Source of the DNA: a virus
DNA: 64,000 nucleotides
Reading direction: 5' to 3' (one strand)
Virus record (IMG/VR): IMGVR_UViG_3300047496_000382
In this document: one piece after another, positions 38,269 to 47,366 of the stretch
How positions within the stretch are numbered: the first letter of the stretch is position 1
How the letters are laid out: every line of letters starts with the position of its first letter
Translations under genes and position numbers: made by a program
The notes under the pieces: generated by a model
Databases searched by the model: none
What the model saw: the letters and a program-made list of their open reading frames with translations, nothing else
Told to the model about the DNA's origin: nothing

Positions 38269-38779
38269 CGATTGTCTCCTTCGGCGGCGGGTACGCGCGC
38301 AGCAACTTGCCCAGAGCCTCCCGGCCTTCGAAGGCGACGCGCCGTACGTGGTGCACGCCCGTCGGACGGATGTTGTCTTTGTTCAGGTCCGCGCGCAGCC
38401 GGTCGATGACCTCTTGCTGCGTGTCGAAGTCGACGATGCTGTGCTCGTCATTCTCCTCGTACGCGTACATGTACACGTCCGAGACCGACGGCTCTCCTTC
38501 GACGGGCAGAGCCATCGGACGGCTCATCGCGTAGAGCTCCGGTAGCGTCGCCGCGAGCTGCCCGCCGCGCATCACCTTGTGCCCTGTGAGGATGACCGAG
38601 CCGTCCATGCGGTGCATCTGGCCAGTGATGGTGAAGCCCTCGCTGCTGAGCGTCGTCAGCGCTGCTTGCAGCTCCTCTGCGAACTCCTTTGGTTCTCGAG
38701 ACGTGACCGCGATGACGCGGTAGACAGCGGGGCCCACCAGCGGCATAGGAACAGGGGCACGCAGTGGACGAGGATTCAC
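38258..38779 (-). CDS. hypothetical protein with DUF4177-like N-domain
   Basis: GTG start at 38779 overlapping upstream TGA; YRVIAV...FAEELQAALTTLSSEGF. Confidence 0.65.
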   Translation of the reverse strand: MNPRPLRAPVPMPLVGPAVYRVIAVTSREPKEFAEELQAALTTLSSEGFTITGQMHRMDGSVILTGHKVMRGGQLAATLPELYAMSRPMALPVEGEPSVSDVYMYAYEENDEHSIVDFDTQQEVIDRLRADLNKDNIRPTGVHHVRRVAFEGREALGKLLRAYPPPKETIDGH

Positions 38780-39075
38780 GGCTTCTTCTCTCCAGTGCTC
38801 GGCGTCTCGCACATCTGGTTCTCCGTGTCCTTGAGGTCGAAGTCTACATCTTCCTCGAGCGGCGTGTTGCGGCGAACGAGCTGTCCACCCGCCACGTAGA
38901 GAAGCGTTCGCTTGCCCGGGAAGGGCACGGCGGGTGGGGCAGGCATCTCGTCCTTCGCGCGGTCTTGGTACGTCGACATCAACACCTTGATGCGCTCCTG
39001 CGACGCGTTTTTCTCGCCGCACACGGCGCGCTCGAGTGCGGCCAGCTGCTGTTGCTCCTTCTTCGGGTTGCTCAT
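38776..39075 (-). CDS. hypothetical protein (99 aa)
   Basis: Coupled ORF. Confidence 0.7.
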   Translation of the reverse strand: MSNPKKEQQQLAALERAVCGEKNASQERIKVLMSTYQDRAKDEMPAPPAVPFPGKRTLLYVAGGQLVRRNTPLEEDVDFDLKDTENQMCETPSTGEKKP

Positions 39076-39284
39076 CCTGCCGGACCTCCCGTAGCTGGGA
39101 AGCGTCGAGGCTTCCTGCCCAGAATCACCAAGCCCGTCTCGCGACGAAGGGCGGGCTTGATGACTTCTTGGACTTCGAACTTCTCTTCCTCGAGCTGGTT
39201 GAGGGCCGTCTCGAGGTCCGCCGCGAACTTCTTCACATCAGATGTGCTCTCGACGGGGACTGCACGCCAGTGAAAACTACCCAT
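39072..39284 (-). CDS. DUF4177-like small protein
   Basis: WRAV...FAADLETALNQLEEEKFEV. Confidence 0.65.
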   Translation of the reverse strand: MGSFHWRAVPVESTSDVKKFAADLETALNQLEEEKFEVQEVIKPALRRETGLVILGRKPRRFPATGGPAG

Positions 39285-39296
39285 GGTTCGCCTCGG

Positions 39297-39857
39297 CTAG
39301 GAGGAGAACCTCCTGGCCAGTTGATAGAGCGCCTCCCAGCCGCCGAGGCGATTGAGGTGCGTCCCCTTGTTGTGCAGGTGCGGCCAGACCCAGGCCTGGC
39401 CCTGTGGATTCGCTTCTTGCCACTCGATGACGTGGCTCGGCTTGTCGTCGACGAGGATGTCCCCGCGCACCATGAACTTCTTGTGCGTGAAGATGACGTC
39501 GTCGCTCTTGAAGTACTTCAAGATGGCTGCTTCGCGCTCACCCATCCAGGTGAGGGAGCCTCTGAACTGAGCGGTGACGAAAGTCACATTCGCGACCTCG
39601 CGTAGACGCTGCACTCCCTCGATGGCGCCTGGATAGACCGGGATGCGCGTGCAACCGCCCGGCGCTTTCACCACTCCATAGACCTTGTCGCGCAGCAGCC
39701 TGTATTCAGGGAGACAGTCAAAGACCTCCCACTCGATGAAGCGGTCCGGCGAGATGGGCGCACAGTTCGTGAACTCCTCGATAAGCAGCGCCGCCTCTTG
39801 ATGGAAGTCGAAGACCACGCCGTCGCAGTCGAGGAGTACTTCCGGCTTGCGCATCAC
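39297..39857 (-). CDS. 5'(3')-deoxyribonucleotidase (NT5C, HAD family)
   Basis: LLDCDGVVFDF; VYPGAIE; HKKFMVRGDILVDDKP. Confidence 0.9.
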   Translation of the reverse strand: MMRKPEVLLDCDGVVFDFHQEAALLIEEFTNCAPISPDRFIEWEVFDCLPEYRLLRDKVYGVVKAPGGCTRIPVYPGAIEGVQRLREVANVTFVTAQFRGSLTWMGEREAAILKYFKSDDVIFTHKKFMVRGDILVDDKPSHVIEWQEANPQGQAWVWPHLHNKGTHLNRLGGWEALYQLARRFSS

Positions 39858-40483
39858 GCCTTCTTGCCGCCGTGGCGATAGGAACGGCCGGCGTTGTACT
39901 TCTCCTTCTCCTCGATGGCCGCCCAGATGTCGATGCCGTTCATCTTGCAGAACGAGAAGAGCGCATTGAGCGCGTCAGCAAGGCCCTGCACCTTTCCATC
40001 ACCAGCGAGGAAACCCGCAGCGGTGTACGCCAGGAAGGACTGCGAAACGCGCAGATGCAGAACGGCCAACAGCAGCTCGAAGCTGGGGGTGTGCACGGGG
40101 ATGGCAACAGAGATGTAGCGCACCAACGTTCCAGTCCATCCCTCGGTTCCACACTGCTGGCAGACTCTGATGACGAAGTCCGCCAACTCCACAGGAATTC
40201 CTGCGGGCTTTGCTCCCTCAGACCCAGCGGCCGTCGAGGACTGTTCCGCCGCTTCGCGCGTCGCGAACTTCGCGCCGTTGGTGTCCTCGTAGTAGACCTC
40301 GTCGAGTGCGCGATGCGCACGATAGTCCTCGAGCGCTTCTGACAACTCAGACTGCATCAGGACAGTCATCAACGGGTAGGGGCGCGGCTTGTCTAGCCAC
40401 CCCTTCTCTTTCGCAACGGTGTGCGCGCGTTCGCAAAGGGACTCGATGTTGTGGGTGGGGTGGCCGGCGACGTCAGTCAACAT
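39854..40483 (-). CDS. MazG-like nucleotide pyrophosphohydrolase
   Basis: LMQSELSEALE...VELADFVIR; GIDIWAAIEEKEKYNAGRSYRHG. Confidence 0.85.
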   Translation of the reverse strand: MLTDVAGHPTHNIESLCERAHTVAKEKGWLDKPRPYPLMTVLMQSELSEALEDYRAHRALDEVYYEDTNGAKFATREAAEQSSTAAGSEGAKPAGIPVELADFVIRVCQQCGTEGWTGTLVRYISVAIPVHTPSFELLLAVLHLRVSQSFLAYTAAGFLAGDGKVQGLADALNALFSFCKMNGIDIWAAIEEKEKYNAGRSYRHGGKKA

Positions 40484-41049
40484 GTAGAACTCCTCGTGAC
40501 GTAGGTTCGTAGTTTCTCGATGCGCGCGGGGTCGTCTTCGAGAAGACCCAGCGCTCGGTTGCAGTTGCCACAGAGAAAGCCCCGCGGCTTTCCTGTCTTG
40601 TGGTCATGGTCCAGATGAAGACCGCCTTCAGCTCCGCAGACGGCGCAGCCTTCTGTCTTCTGACGCTGCAACCATGCGCGCGCCATCTCCTCGGTGAAGC
40701 CGTATTTCTTTACCCACTCGTAGATGAAGTAGCAGTCCTTGCAGTGCGTTTGCAGCCCTGATGACGTCTTGTTCGATTTGTGGAAGAGGCTGATAGGCCG
40801 GGGTGCTCGGCACTTCGAACAACGGCGCATCCCCTCTTCAACAGGCACGCGAGACCCTTGATTGTGCGCAACAAGCCGCTCTGCGCGCAGACAGCCGCAC
40901 GACTTGTGTTCTCCCGAACGCAGTTTGCCCGTTCGAACGTAGCGGGTGTTGCCGCAGTCGCAGCGCACCTCCCAGATGGACCCCGAAGGCGTCTTGTCCC
41001 ACAAGCGGACTACTACGAGTCGTTCGAAACGCTGCCCCGTCAGGTCCAT
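40477..41049 (-). CDS. EndoVII-type homing endonuclease with NUMOD-like N-domain
   Basis: DLTGQRFERLVV...CDCG; CSKC...CKDC; CAVCG...LHLDHDHKTGKPRGFLCGNCNRALG. Confidence 0.88.
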   Translation of the reverse strand: MDLTGQRFERLVVVRLWDKTPSGSIWEVRCDCGNTRYVRTGKLRSGEHKSCGCLRAERLVAHNQGSRVPVEEGMRRCSKCRAPRPISLFHKSNKTSSGLQTHCKDCYFIYEWVKKYGFTEEMARAWLQRQKTEGCAVCGAEGGLHLDHDHKTGKPRGFLCGNCNRALGLLEDDPARIEKLRTYVTRSSTC

Positions 41050-41087
41050 AGGGCTTACTTAGCCCCATTCGGCTTACCGCGCAAGTC

Positions 41088-41918
41088 TCAGACGGCACCT
41101 AGCGCTTCTGCGCTCTGCTGGACGGTCTTCAGGTTGTCTTCGAGGGACTTGATGGTCTTCTGGGCTTCGTCGAGGAGGGACACCACCCTCTCCAGGTTCT
41201 GTGTGCCGAGCTCGTTGTTGCGGAGGAGCAGGAGGAACATCTCCTCGAGGTCAGAGCGCTCAATAGTCTTGAGGGTCTCTTCGCCGCGTTTCTCGGTCTC
41301 CTGCGGGAGCAGCGCGTACGCCGCGCTGAAGCGCTGCTGGAGTGCGCAAAGCAAGTCGGCCTCGTCAGGTGAGTAGCCATAGCCGCCACCTTCGGGGTCG
41401 TGCTGGATGGCCGCTAGCAGCTCATAGAACTCCTCCTGCGCGAGGTCGTCATCACTCGTACCGCGCGCAATGGAGATGTTCAGCTGGTCAACGACCTCGT
41501 TTTTCTCATCACGGTCCCCCTCGAAGTCGTCACGAGCAAGGTCCGCAACCTGGTCGTCGCGCACGGATTTCAAGTACTCGAGCGCGTGGTACGGGTGCCA
41601 TACCCTGCGCAGGAACTTCTCGCAGAGGTAGTCTTCACCAAGCTGGCCAGCGAACCACTCAAGGCCGTAACCAAAATCACTGATGACGCCGTTCTTACAA
41701 CTTCGCACGGAGACGTCACCAACAATGACGATGCCTTCGGGCGAGAAGATGAAGCACGTGGTCAGCATCCGACGACCTGGGCGCGTGCCGCGCAGCGTCA
41801 CGTCCGGCGGATGAAGGTAGAAAATGCGCGTGCCCGCGACGAGGGCAGGCACTTCAGTCAGAACATGCTTTTCGAGCAGACGCCGCGTCGAGGCGTGAAC
41901 GAAACTACTACTTGCCAT
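41088..41918 (-). CDS. hypothetical phage protein (276 aa)
   Basis: IVIVGD...LEWF...YLCEKF; C-terminal coiled coil. Confidence 0.75.
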   Translation of the reverse strand: MASSSFVHASTRRLLEKHVLTEVPALVAGTRIFYLHPPDVTLRGTRPGRRMLTTCFIFSPEGIVIVGDVSVRSCKNGVISDFGYGLEWFAGQLGEDYLCEKFLRRVWHPYHALEYLKSVRDDQVADLARDDFEGDRDEKNEVVDQLNISIARGTSDDDLAQEEFYELLAAIQHDPEGGGYGYSPDEADLLCALQQRFSAAYALLPQETEKRGEETLKTIERSDLEEMFLLLLRNNELGTQNLERVVSLLDEAQKTIKSLEDNLKTVQQSAEALGAV

Positions 41919-42309
41919 CCAGGTCTCCGATGCGTTGCTCCATCATGTACTTCTCCGTGCAGAGGGCATCAGCGCAGACACTGCCTACCGCTCGTCGGTG
42001 TGTCTTCCAGTACCGTGCGGTGCACCGCGCCACTGCTTGATGCCCAGAGGTCTCGGCTGCGTGCGCGGTCCAGTCTTCAACGGCTGCGAGCTTCCAGGTG
42101 CCGCTGGCGTGGTGGAAGAACGGCCAAACTTTCAGCTCATCGCGAACGCGCACGAGGACATCGCTTTCCTCGTACGGCATCTCCGCCCTGTACCAGAACG
42201 GCCACTTGCCGTTCGTGATGTATTCCCAGAGGTAGTACTCCGCCCAGCCGCCGCCTCCGTACGCGCCGATGAGCTCAATGGCGCGCACAACATCCGGGTG
42301 ATTCTCCAT
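41908..42309 (-). CDS. hypothetical Trp/Tyr-rich protein (133 aa)
   Basis: AAAGGA RBS before ATG 42309. Confidence 0.7.
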   Translation of the reverse strand: MENHPDVVRAIELIGAYGGGGWAEYYLWEYITNGKWPFWYRAEMPYEESDVLVRVRDELKVWPFFHHASGTWKLAAVEDWTAHAAETSGHQAVARCTARYWKTHRRAVGSVCADALCTEKYMMEQRIGDLDGK

Positions 42310-42382
42310 CTCAGTCCTTTCCGTAGGGAGTGCCCCGCCAAGGGACTTATGCCCCCTACGGGAGTCTGTTTTCCTGTGAGCG

Positions 42383-42571
42383 TCAGGGCTTCCACGTGGG
42401 CGGTACATACGTCCACGGCAAGGTCAACTTCGTGAATTCGTCCAGCTCCGCCGTCAGCTGCCTCTGCAACGCCGCGCGCTCACGAATGAGCCCGAACGTT
42501 GGAGAAGGTGCCGTAGCGATGCGCTTGTCGAGCTCACAAAGTTGAACCGCACGTGTGTCGATGATGCTCAT
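42383..42571 (-). CDS. hypothetical protein (62 aa)
   Basis: AGGAG RBS. Confidence 0.6.
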   Translation of the reverse strand: MSIIDTRAVQLCELDKRIATAPSPTFGLIRERAALQRQLTAELDEFTKLTLPWTYVPPTWKP

Positions 42572-42615
42572 GGAAACACTCTCCTGGATGTCGTGTCAGC
42601 GCGCTGAAATGAGGA

Positions 42616-43305
42616 CTACTTGCACTGCTCCCCACGGAGCCAGCGCGCCTTCAAGTCGCCCAGGGTGCCCCGGAACCAGCTGAAGTCTGCGTCGACGCCG
42701 TTGGGCAGAGCGAGGCCACCGTCACCGTCGAACTGCCAGGCTGCGGCAGCGAGCCACGGCTTGGGGACGGTCGGAGCCGTGATGTTCGCGTACTGGGCCA
42801 CCCAGAGGTCGCAGTGCGTTGCGATGTCGGCCATGCGCGCCGGCGCAGCTTCGTAGAGCATCTGGATGAAGTACACGTACGAGTAGAAGATGGGAGGGGT
42901 GCCCCACAGGTCGATGGTCTTGTTGATGAAGACCTGGAGGCGAAGCACTGCGTCCGCAGGCGCCACGCCGCCGATGGTCTCGAAGTCGACCACCGGCTTC
43001 ATCTTGACCAGCTTCTCGGTGGTCGCAGCGTAGTGCGTGGCCTGCCCCACCGCATCGAACTTCGGGTTGAAGAAGTGGTAGCTGCCAACGACCTCGAGGG
43101 CCTGGTCGGCACGGTGCTGATTCTGGAAGAAGAGCGGGTCGATGTAGCCCGTCCCTTCCGTGGCCTTGATGATGGCGAACTGAACTCCGGCCTTCGTCTT
43201 CAGTGCATCGAAGTCGACGACCCCCTGGTTATCGGATGTATCGACACCCAGGGTCCAGCCCTCGTGTACAGGGTATTTGGTGGAGTTCAGCTGCGTCATG
43301 GTCAA
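42616..43305 (-). CDS. GH25 muramidase (endolysin)
   Basis: GVDTSDNQG, FAIIKATEG, GSYHFF, PVVDFE (DxE), LWVAQY, AWQF...VDAD. Confidence 0.92.
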   Translation of the reverse strand: MTMTQLNSTKYPVHEGWTLGVDTSDNQGVVDFDALKTKAGVQFAIIKATEGTGYIDPLFFQNQHRADQALEVVGSYHFFNPKFDAVGQATHYAATTEKLVKMKPVVDFETIGGVAPADAVLRLQVFINKTIDLWGTPPIFYSYVYFIQMLYEAAPARMADIATHCDLWVAQYANITAPTVPKPWLAAAAWQFDGDGGLALPNGVDADFSWFRGTLGDLKARWLRGEQCK

Positions 43306-43315
43306 GCTCCTTGGT

Positions 43316-43825
43316 TCACTTCGCCGTGGCGTTCACGCGCGAACGCTGCACCAGCTTGAGCGAAACCTGAAGCTCGGGGAAGCCAAGCGGTTCAGGGGGC
43401 GCAACAGAAGCAGAACCGACGGTCGCCGACGCGGGCACCTTGGTCTTCAGGTCATTGACAATGGCGACAACTTTCGTGACCGCGTCGGTGACATCGCCGA
43501 TGAGCTTCGAGAAGTCCGGGTTGGGGGTCTGCGCCTCGAGGGCTGCCTGGACTCCGTCGTCTAGCGCGCCCAGCGCGGTGTTCACCGCCAGGACGGCCTT
43601 GTTGTAGTCGGCCTGTGCCGTGACGAGTTCCGCTGCCGGCAAATAGACCTTCAAGCTGTTCCAGGCGACGTCGGCGATGCCGAGTGTGATGCGCGCCCCC
43701 TCCTCGAACGTCTGCACCTGCGCGACGGGATTGTTCTTGAAGTTCTGCCACCACGCCGCACCACACGCAGGAGTGACGCAGACGGTAGTGACGAGGAGCG
43801 AGAGCGCAACGAGCTTCTTCAACAT
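43316..43825 (-). CDS. lipoprotein upstream of endolysin (spanin-like or other membrane helper)
   Basis: GGAG RBS; MLKKLVALSLLVTTVCVTPA-C lipobox; amphipathic helices. Confidence 0.65.
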   Translation of the reverse strand: MLKKLVALSLLVTTVCVTPACGAAWWQNFKNNPVAQVQTFEEGARITLGIADVAWNSLKVYLPAAELVTAQADYNKAVLAVNTALGALDDGVQAALEAQTPNPDFSKLIGDVTDAVTKVVAIVNDLKTKVPASATVGSASVAPPEPLGFPELQVSLKLVQRSRVNATAK

Positions 43826-43835
43826 GGAGTCTCCT

Positions 43836-44438
43836 TCAACGACCGAACCGCGAACGGTTCGCGTACTCCGCCTGCCCCAAGAGCTCGCGGAATGCGGACT
43901 CTTCGGCAGGGAAATTCCTAACCTTGTGCATCGCCAAGAAGATGTTGCCTGCGGTGCGCGCATCCACGGCGGCACGATGCGCATCTTCCTGCGCGACACC
44001 GTAGCGCCCGGCGACGTCGCCGAGCTTGTTGACCCGCGCGTTGTCGAAGTAGCGCGCGAGCTGCAGCGTGCACGCAGTCATGGAGGGGCTCAGCGCGCTG
44101 TGGCCCAACCGTGCGAGCTCCTGGTTGAGCATCTTCAGGTCAAACTCGGCGTTGTGCGCGACCCAGAGCGCGGACGCGAGCTCGAGCTGGAGCTCCATCA
44201 CGATGTCTGCGAAGTCAGGCTTGCCCTCGAGGTCCGCCACGTTGATGTGGTTGATGGCGAGCGCCTCCTGGACGCGAGAGTTGCCCCAGTCGACGTTCTT
44301 CGGCTTCAGGAGCCGCGACCACTCGTTGACGACCTGTCCCCCTTCGAAGGTGACCACCGCCACTTCGAGGATGCGCGCTTCGGGGCCGAAGCCCGTGGTT
44401 TCCGTATCGATGGCGACGAAGCTGTCGTGATAGTTCAT
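43836..44438 (-). CDS. DnaQ-like DEDDh 3'-5' exonuclease
   Basis: VAIDTETTG, VAHNAEFD, HRAAVDA. Confidence 0.92.
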   Translation of the reverse strand: MNYHDSFVAIDTETTGFGPEARILEVAVVTFEGGQVVNEWSRLLKPKNVDWGNSRVQEALAINHINVADLEGKPDFADIVMELQLELASALWVAHNAEFDLKMLNQELARLGHSALSPSMTACTLQLARYFDNARVNKLGDVAGRYGVAQEDAHRAAVDARTAGNIFLAMHKVRNFPAEESAFRELLGQAEYANRSRFGR

Positions 44439-44446
44439 CGGCTCTC

Positions 44447-44989
44447 TCAACTGGCACGCGGAGGCAATAGCTCCAGGTGCTCGGTGTTCTGTTTGTGCAC
44501 GCCACGACGTTTGCAACGGCGACAGCGTCCGCCTCTGTCTGCGTCTGCACGAATCTCAAACATCTCGCGCGCGGCGCGAAGCATGCTGGCATCTCCTGGA
44601 ACAACACCCATCGCGCGCTCGGTGAGCGTGATGCCCAACTCGACGTCGTTGTTGCCGGCCAAGAAGGCGCTGGCGTACGTCGCACCGAGACGGAAGGGAA
44701 GTGAGTCTTCGTTCAGCGCGCGCAGCACACGCTCATGGAACCGGGGTAAGTCCTGACAGCACGCCGCGCCGATGATGAGGTGCAGCGGCTCAAGCGAGCG
44801 AGTACCGCGCAGTCCCTGAAGAATCGCCCCTCTCAATGCGTCGAAGCCGTGCCGCCTGTGAAGCGCAGCTGCCGCGTTGAGCGCGATGTACCGCTTTGCG
44901 TGGTCCTCGCCGAGAGTCCCATCTTGTTTTCGCAGCTCATACCAGTGCTGCAGGACGCAGAGCAGCCGGGGGACGAACGACTCGGCCAT
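44447..44989 (-). CDS. hypothetical protein (180 aa)
   Basis: TAGGCT -10-like hexamer upstream; fills the gap. Confidence 0.55.
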   Translation of the reverse strand: MAESFVPRLLCVLQHWYELRKQDGTLGEDHAKRYIALNAAAALHRRHGFDALRGAILQGLRGTRSLEPLHLIIGAACCQDLPRFHERVLRALNEDSLPFRLGATYASAFLAGNNDVELGITLTERAMGVVPGDASMLRAAREMFEIRADADRGGRCRRCKRRGVHKQNTEHLELLPPRAS

Positions 44990-45029
44990 GTGGACGGGCG
45001 GAGCCTACTGCGTCGGGAATCTGGGGGAT

Positions 45030-45062
45030 AGAAAGACAGGCGCACCCCGCAGGGCACGCCCA
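45030..45062 (-). terminator. intrinsic terminator
   Basis: Minus strand GGGCGTGCCC-TGCG-GGGTGCGCCT then GTCTTTCT. Confidence 0.7.
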
Positions 45063-45066
45063 CCTC

Positions 45067-45354
45067 TCACAGCGCGCTGAAGAGGACCGAGGGTCCTGGC
45101 GTGCGCGAGATGACCTTCTTGGCTACCAAGCGCCGAAGGCGGCCACGCAAACTGCCCGAGTCGATGGTAGTACCGAGTGCCTGTGCGAGGTCACGTGTCG
45201 AGGAGAAGGGCTTTTTCTTGATGGCCTCGATGATGGCCTTCTCGGTGACGCGCGGTGCCTTGTATGGATGCCGAGGGTCTTTCGGCAGCGGGGTCGCGAC
45301 GGTCGCGTTCGAGGTCTTCGGAGCAGTCGCTTGGCGGTTGTTCTGGTAGCTCAT
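45067..45354 (-). CDS. winged-HTH DNA-binding protein (95 aa)
   Basis: AGGAGG RBS; AIIEAIKKKPFSSTRDLAQALG...LRGRLRRLVAKKVI. Confidence 0.7.
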   Translation of the reverse strand: MSYQNNRQATAPKTSNATVATPLPKDPRHPYKAPRVTEKAIIEAIKKKPFSSTRDLAQALGTTIDSGSLRGRLRRLVAKKVISRTPGPSVLFSAL

Positions 45355-45406
45355 CTCGCTGTCCCTCCTGAGACGAGAAGAGTTGTTCCGCACCTTCTTC
45401 TTCTCG

Positions 45407-45640
45407 TCAAGGACTTCTTTCGCCCAGAACCTCGAGACCGAGCCACTGACGCCCCGCGTCTGTTGCGTGATACGTCGCACCGACCGACGAAGCGCCCACT
45501 TCCTGCACGAATCCCTTATTCTTCAGCGCCAACGTCGTCGCGTTGAAGAGGGCGTAGAGCCCCGCTGGTCGTGCCGACTTGCGCAGGAACGTCTCTTGCG
45601 TGCCGCTCAACTGCTCCTTCTTCTGACCCTTCGCCATCAT
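45407..45640 (-). CDS. small wHTH-like protein
   Basis: TTLALKNKGFV...YHATDAGR. Confidence 0.6.
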   Translation of the reverse strand: MMAKGQKKEQLSGTQETFLRKSARPAGLYALFNATTLALKNKGFVQEVGASSVGATYHATDAGRQWLGLEVLGERSP

Positions 45641-45840
45641 TTCTCCTGAACATAGAAGTTCGACTCACCCTCGGGACACTCGCTTTTGAGAAGCATGAGG
45701 CACCGCGTGATGCTGCGCTCGCCGGTACCGAACGACTCGGTGCAGTGGTCGCAGCGACTGCACTTCACACGAACGCCGGGCTGCTCGCCACCGCGGTCGT
45801 TCTCAACCATCACCTCTTCGACTTCGCACTCAACCTTCAC
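45637..45840 (-). CDS. small Zn-binding protein
   Basis: GTGA overlap; CSRC...C...C. Confidence 0.6.
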   Translation of the reverse strand: MKVECEVEEVMVENDRGGEQPGVRVKCSRCDHCTESFGTGERSITRCLMLLKSECPEGESNFYVQEK

Positions 45841-46085
45841 GACTTCCTCTTTTTCTTGTCTTGCGCGTGGTGGCAGTCGAAGCACCAACGGTAGCGCGAC
45901 TTCTTCTTGCAGCTGACGCACTTGTGTTCGGCGCGCTTCGGCGTCGGCGTGATGTCTAACGCAGCGAACTTCCCGAGCACCGTGCGTAAGGCGAGCTGAC
46001 GTTCCACCGAGGTATTGGGTAGGACACGGCTGAGAGCCCAGACGACCTCCTGGGCCTCGGCCACGGTGAGGTTGAGCTGCTTCAT
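45837..46085 (-). CDS. hypothetical protein with C-terminal Zn finger
   Basis: CVSC...CFDC; GGAGG RBS. Confidence 0.65.
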   Translation of the reverse strand: MKQLNLTVAEAQEVVWALSRVLPNTSVERQLALRTVLGKFAALDITPTPKRAEHKCVSCKKKSRYRWCFDCHHAQDKKKRKS

Positions 46086-46363
46086 GTACCGGCAGGCCTC
46101 GGTGGCAGGAGGTGCCGCGTGAAGGAGGTCTGCTTCAGACGCATCCGAATGTGCTCACCCATGTACCAGCCCAACAGCGCCTGTGACGCAGCACGCATTG
46201 CCGGCGTTCGCCATCGATACGCCACCTGCACTGTGAGGCGTCCGAGCGGCATGCGCAAGAAGGCACGGGTCGCGTGCTTCAGTTGCGAAAGCGTCTTCGG
46301 GGCAAGTGGAGGTTTGGGGGCTACGAGGCGATGAAAGAGGTCATTGAGCGCGTTGGCGGGCAC
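46082..46363 (-). CDS. hypothetical protein (start uncertain)
   Basis: Fills the operon; GTG start inferred. Confidence 0.45.
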   Translation of the reverse strand: MPANALNDLFHRLVAPKPPLAPKTLSQLKHATRAFLRMPLGRLTVQVAYRWRTPAMRAASQALLGWYMGEHIRMRLKQTSFTRHLLPPRPAGT

Positions 46364-46541
46364 GGAGCCTCCTGAAGGCAGCGTTCTCGTCCATCCGACG
46401 AATCTTCGCATCGATGACCGCGATGGCAGTCTGGTGACCGGCCTTGCTGTCGAGCAGCTCGCAGCGGGCACACTTCGACCAGGAGTACACCTCCTTGCGA
46501 AGAATCGGCTTGTCGCAGCGACTACATTTGCCCGCGACCAT
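46341..46541 (-). CDS. Zn-finger microprotein (66 aa)
   Basis: CSRC...CARC; start overlaps upstream stop. Confidence 0.6.
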   Translation of the reverse strand: MVAGKCSRCDKPILRKEVYSWSKCARCELLDSKAGHQTAIAVIDAKIRRMDENAAFRRLRARQRAQ

Positions 46542-47029
46542 CACGACTTCTTCTTTCCGCTGCGCGCTTTGTACGGTTGGAAGGTCAGCTTCATCGCCTC
46601 TAGCTCTCGCGGCTTCCAGAAAGTCGACCCGTTGGTCACGCGGAACTGTGCCTGGGAAGAGGGGCGCCACACGTCCCCTTGCTTGTCGTACCACGTCAAC
46701 GGTTCACCCTCTGGAGTGAATAGCGGACTGAAGTGCACGTTGAATTTGTCGAACAGCTGGATGTCGACGCGGGGGTGAGGCACGCATTTCCGACAGACGT
46801 CGTTCTGGTAGAACTCGAGCAACTCGTTGAACTTCCCCGTCACCGGGAGCGTGCGTAGAGCGAGCAGGTCGAAGAAGGACATCTCGACGCTGCACGCAGG
46901 ACACGTGACTTGGGGCTTGTTCCACTCCAACACGTTGGCCAGCCGCAGCTGCGTCTCGACGGGCGCGCCCTCGTTCAAGATGACGCGAATCTCGAGCTCG
47001 ACGACTTCACCACTGCACTTGTTGCTCAT
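46541..47029 (-). CDS. hypothetical protein with CxxC pairs (162 aa)
   Basis: CPAC, CRKC; coupled. Confidence 0.7.
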   Translation of the reverse strand: MSNKCSGEVVELEIRVILNEGAPVETQLRLANVLEWNKPQVTCPACSVEMSFFDLLALRTLPVTGKFNELLEFYQNDVCRKCVPHPRVDIQLFDKFNVHFSPLFTPEGEPLTWYDKQGDVWRPSSQAQFRVTNGSTFWKPRELEAMKLTFQPYKARSGKKKS

Positions 47030-47277
47030 CGCCCACGCCTCTGTGTCCGTCCGTCCGCATCTGCGGAGTCAGCGCCGTCTTGCGGAAACGCGCGCAACAG
47101 CAGGCCGTCGTTCCATGACAACGTCACACCGACGTTGAGTCTGACGGCCAGTGAGCCGTCGCGATTCAGCCAGCAAACACCGAGGCGATTGCCGTGCTTC
47201 GCGTTGCCGAGACGGCCCATCAACACGTGCGTCGGCTTGGTCGAAGTCTGGTCATCGTCACCGAAATCTACTGCCAT
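47026..47277 (-). CDS. small OB-like protein (DUF736-like)
   Basis: LGVCWLNRDGSLAVRL resembles IGAAW...G...L; GAGGAG RBS. Confidence 0.5.
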   Translation of the reverse strand: MAVDFGDDDQTSTKPTHVLMGRLGNAKHGNRLGVCWLNRDGSLAVRLNVGVTLSWNDGLLLRAFPQDGADSADADGRTQRRGR

Positions 47278-47366
47278 CTTCTTCTCCTCTGGGCGATTCT
47301 TCCGCCCCTACTCTTGTACTCGAAAATGACTTGTTCTTGCCAGAACCAGTGGCTACGGTGCGCGCC

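Noticed and set aside
39297-40483. Z-genome (PurZ/MazZ/DatZ) pathway
   Set aside because: No purZ or HD-domain datZ in the window; MazG and HAD alone are insufficient
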